IMG/VR virus record: IMGVR_UViG_3300029787_000017
Span: 1-64,000 of that record
Direction: 5' to 3' (one strand)
DNA from: an uncultured virus (IMG/VR IMGVR_UViG_3300029787_000017)
Lineage: Duplodnaviria > Heunggongvirae > Uroviricota > Caudoviricetes
DNA: 64,000 nucleotides
Shown here: positions 26,488-38,400 of the stretch, in pieces
How positions within the stretch are numbered: position 1 is the first letter of the stretch
Layout of the letters: each line of letters starts with the position of its first letter
The notes under the pieces: model-generated
The model's input: only the letters and a program-made list of their open reading frames with translations
Database searches by the model: none
Told to the model about the DNA's origin: nothing
Translations under genes and position numbers: made by a program

Positions 26488-29400
26488 TTAGTTGTTTCTA
26501 TTAGTCTTTGCCACTGCTACTCCCTCAGTTGCAACAGCATCAGCGGCTTGTACGTTACCAAATTTGCTAGACCAATCCTCAGTAGTTTGCGGAGGCAGCA
26601 CATACTGCCCTGTCTCTGAGGCTTTTACAGGGAAATATGTTACAGAAGGGGTAACTCCTGGTTTAATTCGTCTAATCCTAGTCTTCTTTGTGAATGTAAC
26701 ACCATCATTCTTGGTGGGAGGAATAACTTTAACATTACTTAAGACCCCATCTCGCACCCTAGGGAACAGGTAGTTTGAATTCTCTATGTATATGAGCCTA
26801 TTAAATTCAGTTATCGTCATTCGAGATAGGAGATCGAATGAATTTATCTCTGGAACTCTTACCCTGTTTTCGAACAAATCGTAATTGGATACTAGCTCTG
26901 ATATAATGTTATTGGCTAATCTAAACGAGGTAGCCACTCTAGCAGGTTGCGTTGCCCCTAAACCCTCTTTGCCAGAAGTAGCATAGCCTTCTTTGAATGC
27001 CTCATTAGTTACTACATTTATCTCTACCTTTCTCGCTTGCGTATCTTGTTCACCATAAATGTTTTTATTATTAGAAACCATACCATAGGAAACAAAGCGG
27101 TGTGAATTTGGGTCATCTTTAGTAATGTTTAAGCTGTCATAGAATGTAAGGTCTCTGCTAATCCCATCGTTATCATTAAAGTTAGAAATAGTTGACCTTG
27201 TAGGAGAGAACATGAAGTCTTGCCTGTTGGTTGGGAACAATATTATTGTAAAGGGAAGCTGTCTAGTTAGTATAGGAATTTGTTTATCGTCTTTTGCGCT
27301 GTCTAGTAGTATATCATTTTGCTTTAAAGTTAGTTCTTGATTAGCTGCTATATAATCGAACATTGGATCATCATAATACATGTAGAATGGTTTATGATTG
27401 ATTTTGTTTTTAATCCAAGCATCTAACTCTCTCCTGCCATTTTCACCCGAAGTTGCAAACAGACTATACTTAGCAGTGCTCTCAAAAACATTATCATGAA
27501 CAGTCCTAGTCGTATCTACCGAGCTAGTAACTAACTTTAGAACGTATGCGTCTTGTCTTGGAGCTTCTCCACTTAAGTTAAGAGAGGACTTAAATTCAAT
27601 TGAACTCTGCCCTGACGTTGATAAAGTAGTTACGCTCTGTGATCCTAATAGGTTCAAAGCTTGTTCTCTAGTTCTTCCACTTAAAATGAATGCATGATCT
27701 TTTTCTGACTCAAGAAGTAAGTTTTTATATCCTCCTCGAATTAATATCTTAATGTACTCTCCGTCTTGCATAGTGAAAGACCTTCCTCCAACTTGGAATT
27801 TCCCATCATCCGAGACAAAGAACTTCTTAGTTTTTCCTTTTACTAGACAAGGTAGGCCTACTTCAATATCTGTAGGAAGAGTCCTCCATAGATATGCTAA
27901 CTCTTTACGCCTACCTTGAGGCAATTTGTTAGGATCTATAGGTTTCATACTCTCTTGCATTAATCCAAAAGCGATAGTTTTGTTTACCGCAGGGTTTGAT
28001 CCTGGCATAATGTGGATAGCGTTATTCCTTCCATTATTTTTAACAAGTTCTTTTAGTTTTGATAAACTAAATTTACCTATAGTTCCTTCTAGAATCCTAA
28101 GCCTAATCATAGATAAGCTAGATGCTAAGGGGAAGGGGGCTCCTCCTAATGTTCTGAGAGAGTTAAACAGCCTAATAACTTTTGGTTGTACGATCTTCAG
28201 AAGAACCTCGTCGGTTAAACTTGCCGCAAGATTTGAATCCCAACTTTCATAAGTGTTGTTTAACCTAAACAACTGAGAGACAGCCTTAGGCACCCTTGAT
28301 CTGAACAATTTCGTATCCATGAAGGGGTCTTTGTAAGATCTAGACACATCAGGTTCAATTCTAGTTATGGCTATGGAACCATCAACAATAGCGGTAGGTC
28401 TTTTTTGCATTGCGACCCACTGTAGCATAGGGTCATTAGCGTCTAGAGTTTCTACTCCTGTTTCTTTTGATCTCTTAATATAAGTATTTGGATTTGTTAA
28501 ATCTAAAGTATCTAAATTGTTTGTAGGGTTTCGCTTACTGACACCAGCCCTAGATAAAGGTCTAGGCCCTTGAGGTCTTACATCCTTGGTTCTTACATTG
28601 TCTGCCCCAGCTACGCCTGATTTTATACCCCCAAACTCGTCAGCGTCTACAGAAGCATAGGGATTGTTGGGGTCATTATCACCTGTCTCGGTAGCAAACC
28701 CCCTGCTCATAAGCTCTCCTGCTTGTTGATTAGGTCCATTAGGAATCTCCATAGGTCCCCCTTTAAAAGAATTTGGATTAGGAGTTCCCACCTTAGGGCA
28801 ATTTGCTCTACACTCTTCTTCTGTTTTGTGGAGAGCCACTGGGCCATCCCCAACGTCAAACGACCCCTCTCTCACTTCGCTTCTACTAAATCCCTCCCGA
28901 AGACACTCATTACCGTATATGGAGCGTTTACAATACCAGCGCATATACTCACGTTCTCTAGGCTCGTCAGGTCGATCTTCAATTTCAGTTTGGTCATCAT
29001 AAGGCTCTTGTATTGGGTCATCACAATCCCCACCAACGCACTCAGCGCCATCATCTGTATCAGGTACGACAATTGTTCCTCCTGTAGGAGAACCGAATGT
29101 GCAATAAATAGTTTCTACTGTAGCATTGGGACAACAGCTTTTATTAACATTACTTTCAGTCCAATAGGTATCTTTGCAACACTCATGACGGTAATCCCCC
29201 CAACGCTCATCTTTACAACCTCCTCCTGAGTTATCCTCTTTAACTGTGCATCTAGGGTTTTCTTCACAATCATTCTTGGTATCATTGTAATCATTTTCGG
29301 GTCCCTCTGGTGCATCAGGATCCAATCCAGGGTCGTTAGTCCAAGTATACCCATACCCTGGAGAATCAACTTGTGTCCATCCTTTATCCTCGTAGTGTTG

Positions 29401-32400
29401 ATTCTGCTCTGCGTGATTACCTCCAAATGGAACATGTACTGTAAACACCGTTACACATTTTTGCCTCCAAGTTTTTAGGCTGCGGGTGCAACGAGCACCT
29501 GCTTCATTTATAAATGAACCTATACCCTCAGTGCTATGGTTACCATAAGGGTAGCACTTACATTGTTTAGTTGTCCCTCCAGCTTCTTCTGGAGGTGATG
29601 GAACGGCAGGAGGTCCTTCTGGTGTTACCACTTTAGGTTTTCCGCAAACAGCTTGACAAAGCGCAAGAGCGACAGCTAGGTTATCAGATGTATACTGGCC
29701 TCCAATAGCTGATCGACATGCGTACTCTTCTCCACCTCCTTCAACGCTCACTATGTCGCAGTTAAAAGAGAAAGTTTGTTGAACAGGAGGAGGTGTAACC
29801 GAAATAATTGTCGATCCTCCACTCCCAGTCTGTGGTCCTCGTGGTTTTTTGACGTACCTCCAGCTAACACACACATCAGAACAGCAATCATCTCCTGTAC
29901 AACACCCACCTCCAATTCTAGTTCCTGAAGATCCACATTGAGAGCCTGGTCTGCCTTGGCTGGTGGTGTCGCTCTTCAGATCATAGTTATCAGAGCCAAA
30001 CTCATTAGACCAACCATTAGGTCCCTCTTCATAGCTATTCATGTCATCAGCAAAACTTGGATCATGAAAATTATTATCAGGATTTCCTGTCTGTCCTACA
30101 TTAATACATGTTTGATTCCAACATCTAGTGACAGTTATTTCTCTAGGACCACCTACTTCATTCACGAACTCAGGAGATAAGAAGCCTCCCATGACCCCCT
30201 CACTACCAAAATCAGTTTCAGTTGTAGGATTGCCTCTAATCCTACAACTGCATTCTACTCCGCCTGTACCTGGAGGGGTAGTAGGTAATGTAAATCGACC
30301 TCCTCCTGGAGTTGTAGGCCCTATAGGTGGTCCTTGACATTGCGAATTACACATTCCAAGAGTGGGATAAGAGTTAGGCGTAGGAGGATCTAAAATATCC
30401 CTTTCTCTAGATACGCAATTCCAACTAGGTGCCCCCATGCATTGGTAATCTATAACCGTTGAGTCTGCTCCCGTTGTTGGTGGACCAGCATCCTCTGGAC
30501 CTCTTTTACAATTTACGACACAAGCTGTTAAAGTCCTATATCCTCCAGCAGGAATATCTTGCGTTATGGGGATAGTAACTTTACTACATTCCTCATTTAC
30601 AGGTAGCCCACATGTCCAGTAACTCTTAGTTCTTGTATTTATAGTGGTTGGAATACCTGGTGTAGTAGGCCCAGGAGGGGTAGGTACTGTGGGGTCAGGT
30701 CTTATTGCACCGTTAATACAATCCAAAACGCAAGCACCGTAGGTTGCATAACTATCAGGAGCACTTCTAATGGCTGTACGATCATAAACACATCGCTTAG
30801 GCTGTCCCCCTGTTGCAGTAAGACATTTATAAGCACCTAAAAGCTCTGTAGTTCCTGGAGTCGTAGGGCCAGAAGGTCTTGTTCCTGGCGTTGTGGGTCT
30901 CGTAACGCTCCCTCCTGGAGTGGTTACAGGAGGTCTCCTATCACAGTATCGGTCACACTCTTCTTTTGTTGCCCATCCTGGGAAGTTACCAGCGGGATAC
31001 AGTTCATCAGGAAAGTTCCTTTCTACACACACGCCAACATAGCCATCAAGGGGAACTAATGAAGGCGTAGATGCTTCACTTTCGCAAACCCATCTCCGAG
31101 TGTATAGTCTGGGTTCATCAGGTTTTGACGGCACTCCTGGCCTTGTATCCTTACAAGTTTCCTCACATATTTCCTCACTAGGTGATCCTCCGTCTCCTGG
31201 AGTTCCTAATCTTTCAACGCATCTAACAGATGTGCCTAAGCCTACTTGGCCTGTGACATTTCCAGTCGAAGGTCCAGTTTGAGTTTTTTCGCAATACCAC
31301 TGGTAAGCGTAATTTACTCCTCCTGGATCTTCGTTAGGTTTGGTAGGTGTTGTGGGACCTGTAGGTCTGGTGGGGTAAGTGGGGTAAGTAGGAGGCCCCA
31401 CATCAGGTCCACAGTTTGCAACACAAGCTGTTAAAGTTCTATAAGCTCCAGGCTGATTTAAAGTACCTGTTGAATCAAAGTAGCAATTCCAATATGGCGC
31501 TGGTCTACACTTATAGACTCCAACTTTTTCATAAGTTGTAGGCCTTGTGGGTGTTGTAGGACCTGTGGGGGTTGTAGGATCTATTGGTTTTGTAGGATCT
31601 TCGCAATCTCTGTCGCAAGCAGCTTTAGTTGCGTAACCTGTGCCTACTGGAGCAATTCTCTGATTACAACTTCTTCCTAGCGGGTTTGCTCCAATACTTC
31701 CTCCAGTTGAAGGTCCTCCACCATCGGGTTCACAAAACCATCTTCGTGTATATCGAGGAGGGTCTGGAATTGAAGGGTCAGGGTCACCACAGTTTTTATC
31801 ACACTGTTCTTTACTTACATAGCGTGTCTCTCCTGGAGACACTGTGTTTGTGAAAACGCACTCTTTAGATACGGCTGCCAACCCTCCTCCTCCAGTAGTA
31901 GGGCCTGTGCTTGAATCCCTACAAACATAACCTCCGCTTCCTGGAGTTGTAGGCTTTTTAGGTTCATCAAAACACTCTCTTTCGCAAGCCTCTTTTGAGG
32001 TATATCTTCGATTGTTTGGGCCGAACTCTCCTGCACCCGCTTGAACACATCTTTTTCTAGTAGAGGGGCCTCCACCAGCTACACCACCTCCACCTGCTCC
32101 AGTAAAAGGCCCTCCTCCACCTCCCCCAGTGGTAGGTAGAGAAATCTCTTCACATTTCCAAAGGGAATAAGTGGGAGGAGTGGGGACTGTAGGAGGTTCT
32201 GTGGGAACAGTAGGGTCTCCGCAGTCTTGAGGTATCACTACTACAACGTCAGGACAGCAAGGCTCCCCTCCAGTATTCGTAGCATCGTCACAACAATTTC
32301 CACCTGCACCCGTGCAGCCTTGACCTCCTTGTCCAACAGTTCCCCCAGCCTCCAGAGCTTGCGCGGCAGCAGTCTGGAAAGCTGCGGAGTTCTCAGGTGC

Positions 32401-32901
32401 GGTTAACTCTGAAAAACATTTTTGCTTAAAAGTTAATACAATAGGAGGGCATAAGTCTACCACTCCCCCGCCATTACCGCCACCATTACCTCCACCTCCT
32501 GCAACTCCAGGAGGCCCTTGGGGTCTTCCTGCTGAGGTTGTGGTCTGCCCTCCTCGGCCAAATGAGGGACTCCCTCCTGTTGTAGGACCACCTCCTCCAC
32601 CTCCGCCACCTGCGCCACCTCCACCACCTGCGCCACCTCCGCCACCTCCACCTGTTGTAGGTCCTCCACCATCTCCACCTCCAACTATGACACATACGCA
32701 GTTCGCAGTGGGTCTAGTGGGTTCAGTGGGAGGAGAAGGTCTGGTGGGCCGAGTTCCGCAACTATCTATACAAGTAGGATCAATTACCGTAGGAGGAGAG
32801 GGATGTACTGGTCCGCAATCAATGCAATCTTCACTTATAGTTCCTGGACCTCTTCCTCCAGCGAACTCTCCGCAATTAAAACTGATTGCCTCCTTTGCCA
32901 T
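26488..32901 (-). CDS. Giant Cys/Pro/Thr/Gly-rich repeat protein, probably virion-associated
   Basis: 2137-aa ORF at the end of the fibre operon; about 11 four-Cys modules, three larger Cys modules and a non-repetitive C-terminal region. Confidence 0.8.
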   Translation of the reverse strand: MAKEAISFNCGEFAGGRGPGTISEDCIDCGPVHPSPPTVIDPTCIDSCGTRPTRPSPPTEPTRPTANCVCVIVGGGDGGGPTTGGGGGGGAGGGGGAGGGGGGGGPTTGGSPSFGRGGQTTTSAGRPQGPPGVAGGGGNGGGNGGGVVDLCPPIVLTFKQKCFSELTAPENSAAFQTAAAQALEAGGTVGQGGQGCTGAGGNCCDDATNTGGEPCCPDVVVVIPQDCGDPTVPTEPPTVPTPPTYSLWKCEEISLPTTGGGGGGPFTGAGGGGVAGGGPSTRKRCVQAGAGEFGPNNRRYTSKEACERECFDEPKKPTTPGSGGYVCRDSSTGPTTGGGGLAAVSKECVFTNTVSPGETRYVSKEQCDKNCGDPDPSIPDPPRYTRRWFCEPDGGGPSTGGSIGANPLGRSCNQRIAPVGTGYATKAACDRDCEDPTKPIDPTTPTGPTTPTRPTTYEKVGVYKCRPAPYWNCYFDSTGTLNQPGAYRTLTACVANCGPDVGPPTYPTYPTRPTGPTTPTKPNEDPGGVNYAYQWYCEKTQTGPSTGNVTGQVGLGTSVRCVERLGTPGDGGSPSEEICEETCKDTRPGVPSKPDEPRLYTRRWVCESEASTPSLVPLDGYVGVCVERNFPDELYPAGNFPGWATKEECDRYCDRRPPVTTPGGSVTRPTTPGTRPSGPTTPGTTELLGAYKCLTATGGQPKRCVYDRTAIRSAPDSYATYGACVLDCINGAIRPDPTVPTPPGPTTPGIPTTINTRTKSYWTCGLPVNEECSKVTIPITQDIPAGGYRTLTACVVNCKRGPEDAGPPTTGADSTVIDYQCMGAPSWNCVSRERDILDPPTPNSYPTLGMCNSQCQGPPIGPTTPGGGRFTLPTTPPGTGGVECSCRIRGNPTTETDFGSEGVMGGFLSPEFVNEVGGPREITVTRCWNQTCINVGQTGNPDNNFHDPSFADDMNSYEEGPNGWSNEFGSDNYDLKSDTTSQGRPGSQCGSSGTRIGGGCCTGDDCCSDVCVSWRYVKKPRGPQTGSGGSTIISVTPPPVQQTFSFNCDIVSVEGGGEEYACRSAIGGQYTSDNLAVALALCQAVCGKPKVVTPEGPPAVPSPPEEAGGTTKQCKCYPYGNHSTEGIGSFINEAGARCTRSLKTWRQKCVTVFTVHVPFGGNHAEQNQHYEDKGWTQVDSPGYGYTWTNDPGLDPDAPEGPENDYNDTKNDCEENPRCTVKEDNSGGGCKDERWGDYRHECCKDTYWTESNVNKSCCPNATVETIYCTFGSPTGGTIVVPDTDDGAECVGGDCDDPIQEPYDDQTEIEDRPDEPREREYMRWYCKRSIYGNECLREGFSRSEVREGSFDVGDGPVALHKTEEECRANCPKVGTPNPNSFKGGPMEIPNGPNQQAGELMSRGFATETGDNDPNNPYASVDADEFGGIKSGVAGADNVRTKDVRPQGPRPLSRAGVSKRNPTNNLDTLDLTNPNTYIKRSKETGVETLDANDPMLQWVAMQKRPTAIVDGSIAITRIEPDVSRSYKDPFMDTKLFRSRVPKAVSQLFRLNNTYESWDSNLAASLTDEVLLKIVQPKVIRLFNSLRTLGGAPFPLASSLSMIRLRILEGTIGKFSLSKLKELVKNNGRNNAIHIMPGSNPAVNKTIAFGLMQESMKPIDPNKLPQGRRKELAYLWRTLPTDIEVGLPCLVKGKTKKFFVSDDGKFQVGGRSFTMQDGEYIKILIRGGYKNLLLESEKDHAFILSGRTREQALNLLGSQSVTTLSTSGQSSIEFKSSLNLSGEAPRQDAYVLKLVTSSVDTTRTVHDNVFESTAKYSLFATSGENGRRELDAWIKNKINHKPFYMYYDDPMFDYIAANQELTLKQNDILLDSAKDDKQIPILTRQLPFTIILFPTNRQDFMFSPTRSTISNFNDNDGISRDLTFYDSLNITKDDPNSHRFVSYGMVSNNKNIYGEQDTQARKVEINVVTNEAFKEGYATSGKEGLGATQPARVATSFRLANNIISELVSNYDLFENRVRVPEINSFDLLSRMTITEFNRLIYIENSNYLFPRVRDGVLSNVKVIPPTKNDGVTFTKKTRIRRIKPGVTPSVTYFPVKASETGQYVLPPQTTEDWSSKFGNVQAADAVATEGVAVAKTNRNN

Positions 32902-32906
32902 TTAAC

Positions 32907-35414
32907 TCAAGATTGAGGTTTGAGAGTGATGGTTGGATTAGTGCTATTGAGATTTCCGTATAGGTACTGAGAATCAGATGTGGGAACACCAATCATCTTC
33001 CAAGTAACAGTGGGGTAAGTACATTTTCCTACCCTTGGGTTTCCTGTGTATCCAAGACCATTTAGTTCACTAATAGGTGTTGTATTAGATGTTAAAATAT
33101 CGTCCACGGGGACTATAAAGCTACTAAACCTTCCTCCACCTCTCTCAGATACTGACAGAGTTTGAGTTGTTTTCTTTTTCTTTCCTGTAGTTGTAAAAGA
33201 TAATGAGTGAGGTGAGGGGAATCTGGGAACATTAGGCTCTTGATAGATATCATTAGCAGCAAATGCTACATAGATAACAAAATCATCATACCCCTTCTCA
33301 ACCCACACTCCTGCATACTGTGATGGCATGGGGTTGTTGTCATCTCTCTCATAACCTCTATGAATTTGTGGCAAACAATTAGCAAATTCGACATCCACCA
33401 TGTAGTCTGCTAACCAAGGACAAGCATCTCTATTAAACTTAATTCTCTTAGAGATGTAATGGAAGTTCACTTTACTATAAGCGTCTCCTGTTTCGGTGTT
33501 TGTAAACCCTGCTAACCTTGATGGTGCTGCTGCTCCGTCTGGTCCTGTGCCGTCTGCGTTAGTAATTTGCTTATTACTTCCTGCAACAATTGCAGCATCA
33601 GTAACACCGCCATCCTCTGTAACACCTAGGAATGTGTTAATGTAATCATTAGGGAATAGCCCTTTATCACTGATGTCCTGGAGTTGACACCATTGAGACA
33701 TATCCCAATCAGGGTATGAAGGTATGGCGATTTGAGCACCATTACTTCCTACCCCATACTTACCAATGATATATTGTCGAATATACTGTAAGCTATCGTT
33801 TGTCGTAACTGTATCCCCAGCAAACTGAGACTGGTAGAAATCGTATAAAGCACCCTCTGGCCCAAAGTTCCACCCTCCAAAGACATAGCCAGCAGCCACA
33901 ACGCTTACATTATCAGTATCGTTAGTCTCAGCAGCAAGAGCGCCGTTAAAGTGATTAACTACTTTTCGTAACTCTGTGTCAAGTTGTGCTTTTCCTACCG
34001 CTGGATTAGCTAAGGATAATTGTGGCATAGCTGCTGCAATACCTGCTCTCTCATTGTAAGCTAGTTCTGCTGTTCTAAAGAAGGGTCGGATATCTACTAC
34101 ATCAGAGTTTTCAATTACTTGAGCACCTTCAGTATCTGTTCCTCCTGCTCTTTGTACAAAGACATACGCGAGGGGAAGAATTGATTGACCTACTAGCTCT
34201 ACAGCGTTAGTCTCTAAACCCTCTGCAATTAGTGGGGCTAAGTTTAAAAGATCGTCTGGGGATGGGAATGATCCTCGAACATCTTGTGTAAGCCCATTCC
34301 CTGAAGTCGCTAGAAACCCTAAGTTTGCAGAGTTTTGGTCCGCAGCGTGAGCCAGAATCATGGGGTTGCCATACTCATCTAGTGCTGGTTCAGGCCTATA
34401 TGAGCTATCAATGTCTGTCATGCCTTGGAAATTAGCACCAATACCTGCGCCTCGAACCACCCCTAGCACTGGGGTTGTTATGTCAGAGACAACTCCATTC
34501 CTAATTACTTTAGAAGAACGAGCATCAACAGGCTTAGTATACATGAATACTAAATCAACCCTACTTTCAACACCTGTTATATTGATTCTTTCTCCGTTCT
34601 CGTTTACATAATAAAAATCGTCATCACTGAATGCTGGAATCTCTACCGATAACTCATTAGGAACATCTACTACTGCTAACCTACTCACGCCTCTCCACTT
34701 TTTAACAAAGTGGGTCTCAGCTAATGGAAGTTTTCCAAACCCTACGATAGCATTAGTGGTAGAGTAACTAGGCAAGAGATATGAGTCTAAGGTGCTGTTA
34801 AAACTCTTTGCCCAAAGTAAGGCTTGACTGATGACGAAAGGACCGTATCCTCCTGGGCCTGTACCTCCTGCATAACTTAATGGGTCTGTTGTTAAGCCTC
34901 CTGCATCTCCTGCGTAAGAGGTTTCTCGTACAGACCAAGTAAACGCTCTTTCAGATAAACCGTTCATAGCTAGTGCATCTGCTGATAACGAAGACTTAAA
35001 TCTATCTAACGCTGTAACTAGTAAACTACTATTAGTGCTTCCAGCGTTGTTTGTTACAGCAGTCCAAGCGTCAACGTCACCAAGTGCGGTACCCATAACC
35101 TCAGTGAGGTATTGTAAAGGCTGTTTTGTTGTAGCATCATTTACCCTGGCTGTGAACCTTCCAGGGTTAACTCTAACTAGTCGATCCCCTCCTGTAGAGA
35201 AAGGCTTCAACTCCGCAATGTCCTGCCTCTTAATGTCCTGCACTGAGTTTTCTGTAATAGACTGTTGAAGTTGATCTCTTAACCATAAACAGTTTTCTTG
35301 TAACTGCTTAATTGGAATGTTATCTACTTCAAAGTAGTAGGGATCATTTTGTTTAAATAATCTTACAGGTTCAGTAAACCTAAAGGAGCTTTCATTGTAT
35401 CTAAATTGTGCCAT
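32907..35414 (-). CDS. Tail fibre / baseplate-attached protein
   Basis: N-terminal F....YY.E.DN.P...L.E motif shared with 35414..39064; position in the baseplate-fibre cluster. Confidence 0.6.
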   Translation of the reverse strand: MAQFRYNESSFRFTEPVRLFKQNDPYYFEVDNIPIKQLQENCLWLRDQLQQSITENSVQDIKRQDIAELKPFSTGGDRLVRVNPGRFTARVNDATTKQPLQYLTEVMGTALGDVDAWTAVTNNAGSTNSSLLVTALDRFKSSLSADALAMNGLSERAFTWSVRETSYAGDAGGLTTDPLSYAGGTGPGGYGPFVISQALLWAKSFNSTLDSYLLPSYSTTNAIVGFGKLPLAETHFVKKWRGVSRLAVVDVPNELSVEIPAFSDDDFYYVNENGERINITGVESRVDLVFMYTKPVDARSSKVIRNGVVSDITTPVLGVVRGAGIGANFQGMTDIDSSYRPEPALDEYGNPMILAHAADQNSANLGFLATSGNGLTQDVRGSFPSPDDLLNLAPLIAEGLETNAVELVGQSILPLAYVFVQRAGGTDTEGAQVIENSDVVDIRPFFRTAELAYNERAGIAAAMPQLSLANPAVGKAQLDTELRKVVNHFNGALAAETNDTDNVSVVAAGYVFGGWNFGPEGALYDFYQSQFAGDTVTTNDSLQYIRQYIIGKYGVGSNGAQIAIPSYPDWDMSQWCQLQDISDKGLFPNDYINTFLGVTEDGGVTDAAIVAGSNKQITNADGTGPDGAAAPSRLAGFTNTETGDAYSKVNFHYISKRIKFNRDACPWLADYMVDVEFANCLPQIHRGYERDDNNPMPSQYAGVWVEKGYDDFVIYVAFAANDIYQEPNVPRFPSPHSLSFTTTGKKKKTTQTLSVSERGGGRFSSFIVPVDDILTSNTTPISELNGLGYTGNPRVGKCTYPTVTWKMIGVPTSDSQYLYGNLNSTNPTITLKPQS

Positions 35415-38400
35415 TAGTTATACCTCTTGAGGTCAAAGATGTTAGAGGACCTAAATCCTTTAATCGCAGAACCATCATACGCTTCTGCGCCTGTAGTGGT
35501 TTGGTCTGCCGAACGATAAATCGTCGCTCGCTTAGGTCGCCCAGACCCTCCAAACGCTGCGTTTTTGGAGTTGGCAAAGGTGTTACCTCCAGACTCATCT
35601 AAGAAGCATTGAGTAGGGTTATCGTCTAGGAACTCTTTGCAGTAATAAAAACCAGACATAGCTATTGCAGCAGGAACGTATGGATCCCCTGTATTTTTAT
35701 CACTTATCTTTAAAAGATTTGGGTATAGCGAACTTAAAGAGTTATCACCGACAGGGACAACCGCTGAGACATTGGCTGACATATTATACCCTTGAGAATA
35801 TACTTGATATGCTGCACCCGTCTCCCAATGAACGGGTTGTCCGTTATGGGGGAACGCACCTTTTGCGAAGCCCCAAGTAGCATCGTGAGCTAGGAATTTA
35901 GTGCAAGAGTTAGGTGAGAAGTAGATTCTGAATAGACCTTGATTGTTATAACTGCCTCCTGTAGACCCATATATTGTTTGAGGATTGCGAGTATAGGCAC
36001 CCGAAACAGCAAGCCCTGCCCCATGAAGCCTCTTTGCGGTATCTTCATTTACTATACCGCTGACAGGATAAAATCTTCCGAAAGGGTCATTAAGTCCGAC
36101 ACCGCTTGGGACTTGCCATAAACCCGAGACAGAACCGTTACCGAAAGTATCTAACACGCTTAGGATGCCCGTGTCAGGAGTTCCTGAAGGAGCCCCCGAG
36201 GCTGGAATATGAACTGCTGTTGCAGCCGTATTGCCAGCTTCTAAAGCCGAAGTCCATATAGCACTTGGACCATGATACCCAACATCTGAAGGGTAACACC
36301 CACTTACAGACGTAAACGCACTCTTTAATTCAGAGTTATCAGCCATGTTCCAAATCATAAGACGATCACAAACACTTCCACTTGCGTTGTACACTACTCC
36401 ATCCATTGGACTGTTAGCAGTTCCCACAGGGAAATGAACATTAGTTACATTTACCTTGCTTCCGTTTACTGCTCTAAGGCAAACTCCTCCAAGGGTTACA
36501 TTTTCTAAGGTCTGTGTTGTCATCTTAGCTGAGTTTAAGAAATCAGTAGTAATAAGATATTGGTTGTTACGAGTTTTAGCAGTAAATGTAGGGAAGGGAC
36601 TGAAGGTGAAGTTGAGCCCTGCTGCATTTCCTAAATCATCTAGGTATGCTGCGGCTACTCCTGCTGCAATCTGTGGGTTGGGGTAGAACTGGATTGATCC
36701 ATTTTTAATTAAACCACTTAAGTTAAGATTATCATTAGTTTTATAGTCCTGCGTCAATGCAAGCATTGTCCTGCCTTGATCGAACTCACCCCAGAAGTTG
36801 TGATAGTCTCCACAATCATTCATATTAATTTCTGAATTATTGTTGGCAACTAAACATGCCCTAGTGGAATGAAGCTCTACAGAGGTATGGTTTCCTCCAG
36901 AGCTAAGATCAAACCCACTTCCGTCTACAGCGAAAGAATCTCTTACCCTAGGAGGACCGATATTTAATGTAGAGTTGTCTTCTACAAGAGCGTCAATTCC
37001 AAACTGAGCTATGCATGTGGGTCCATGTAAGCCTAACTTAGATTGCCGTTGTCCTGCAATACCTGCTACGAATTGTTGCTTAGTGTAAGCATTAGGTCCT
37101 AGTAAAAGAGTGGCTCCCGTTTGCGTTCCAAAGAACTCTGCTTCTGAGGAATCTTTAGCAGCAACAAGCATTCCAGGGGAGACAGTCTTCTGGCTAACAT
37201 GTGCCGCATCTCTTTGCATTGTAGAGTGGACGAAGTTAGCGTATGAATTATTCTCTACTGCAATAGCGGGAAGAACTCCAAACCCTATGCTATCCGCATT
37301 ATTCACTACTCCGTGAGCACCACTAAAGATCATGTGTCCATAGTACTGTGGTATGTGATTTTTTCTCTTAAGATTAAAGCTAGATTGATTTCTTAAAACA
37401 ATGTGCTGTGCGTTTGCTCTGAAGTCGTACTGCTTTCTAACGGCTTGTCCAGTTGTTACACCTGGTGAGGCTGGGTCTCCATCTATTGTAAAGGTGTCGT
37501 ATTCAATATCTGTATTCTTTGCTAGAATTCCTTCGTCAGTATGATCCTCAACGCATAACTGTTCTACGCGCATATTACTATTAACAAGCTCTGAGCCTTT
37601 CTTATTTCCATAAATATCTAGAAGACCTCGTAGATACAACTTAGAATTAGATGCATGTAAGCCCTTCTTAGTATTCATCTCTAGATTTATGAACCCTCCT
37701 GTGGCTGGAAGCTCGACGGATTCTCGTGGAAGCCCTCCATCAAAAGTACTATTATTTAACTCCAAGCCCACAGTGTTTCTAGACATCGAGAATATGGTAT
37801 CATAGCCAGAGGCAGGTAAGTCTAAGCCTGGATTCCAAGCGTAAGGAGGTCTCTTCTCTGTATCAGTGCTATAAGTTCCTGACACTACAGCACTTAAGGT
37901 AATGTGGCTATTAAAAGCTAAAATACCAGTGCCTTTATCTGGGACTCTAGTTGTCGCTGTATCTCTGCTGTAATTTCTATACGCAAAGGCTGATCTAGAT
38001 AAAGTAACCTCTGAGTTATCGAAATAGAACCCTGCGTTATTGCATCTAACGGCAGCACAATTCTCTAAAACCACATTAGAGTTGTGAACTTGGACGCCAT
38101 TTTGGCGACCGCCTCCTCCGACAGCCGCTTCTCCATCAACAAAGAAATTCCTAATATAGATGGGTCCAACACAATTCCTAACACTTAAATGCGCTAAAGA
38201 ATTTCCATAAATACCTCCTCCTACTTTCTTATCAACAGTGAGAGAGTCTCTAAGTAAACGTGAGCCTGTGTACTGATCAACTGCACTAACGTCAGTAATG
38301 GGAAGCTGGTTATCTGTTCCTGCTTTTTCATAGGTTTCTATTCCAAACCTGTACGGAGTTCCTGGGAGGAACGTAGCTGAAGGATTCTTAATTCCTACAT

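Noticed and set aside
32540..32905. Plus-strand poly-proline ORF (121 aa) and nearby Arg/Trp-repeat ORFs
   Set aside because: Antisense or alternate-frame shadows of the poly-Gly codons in the 2137-aa gene.
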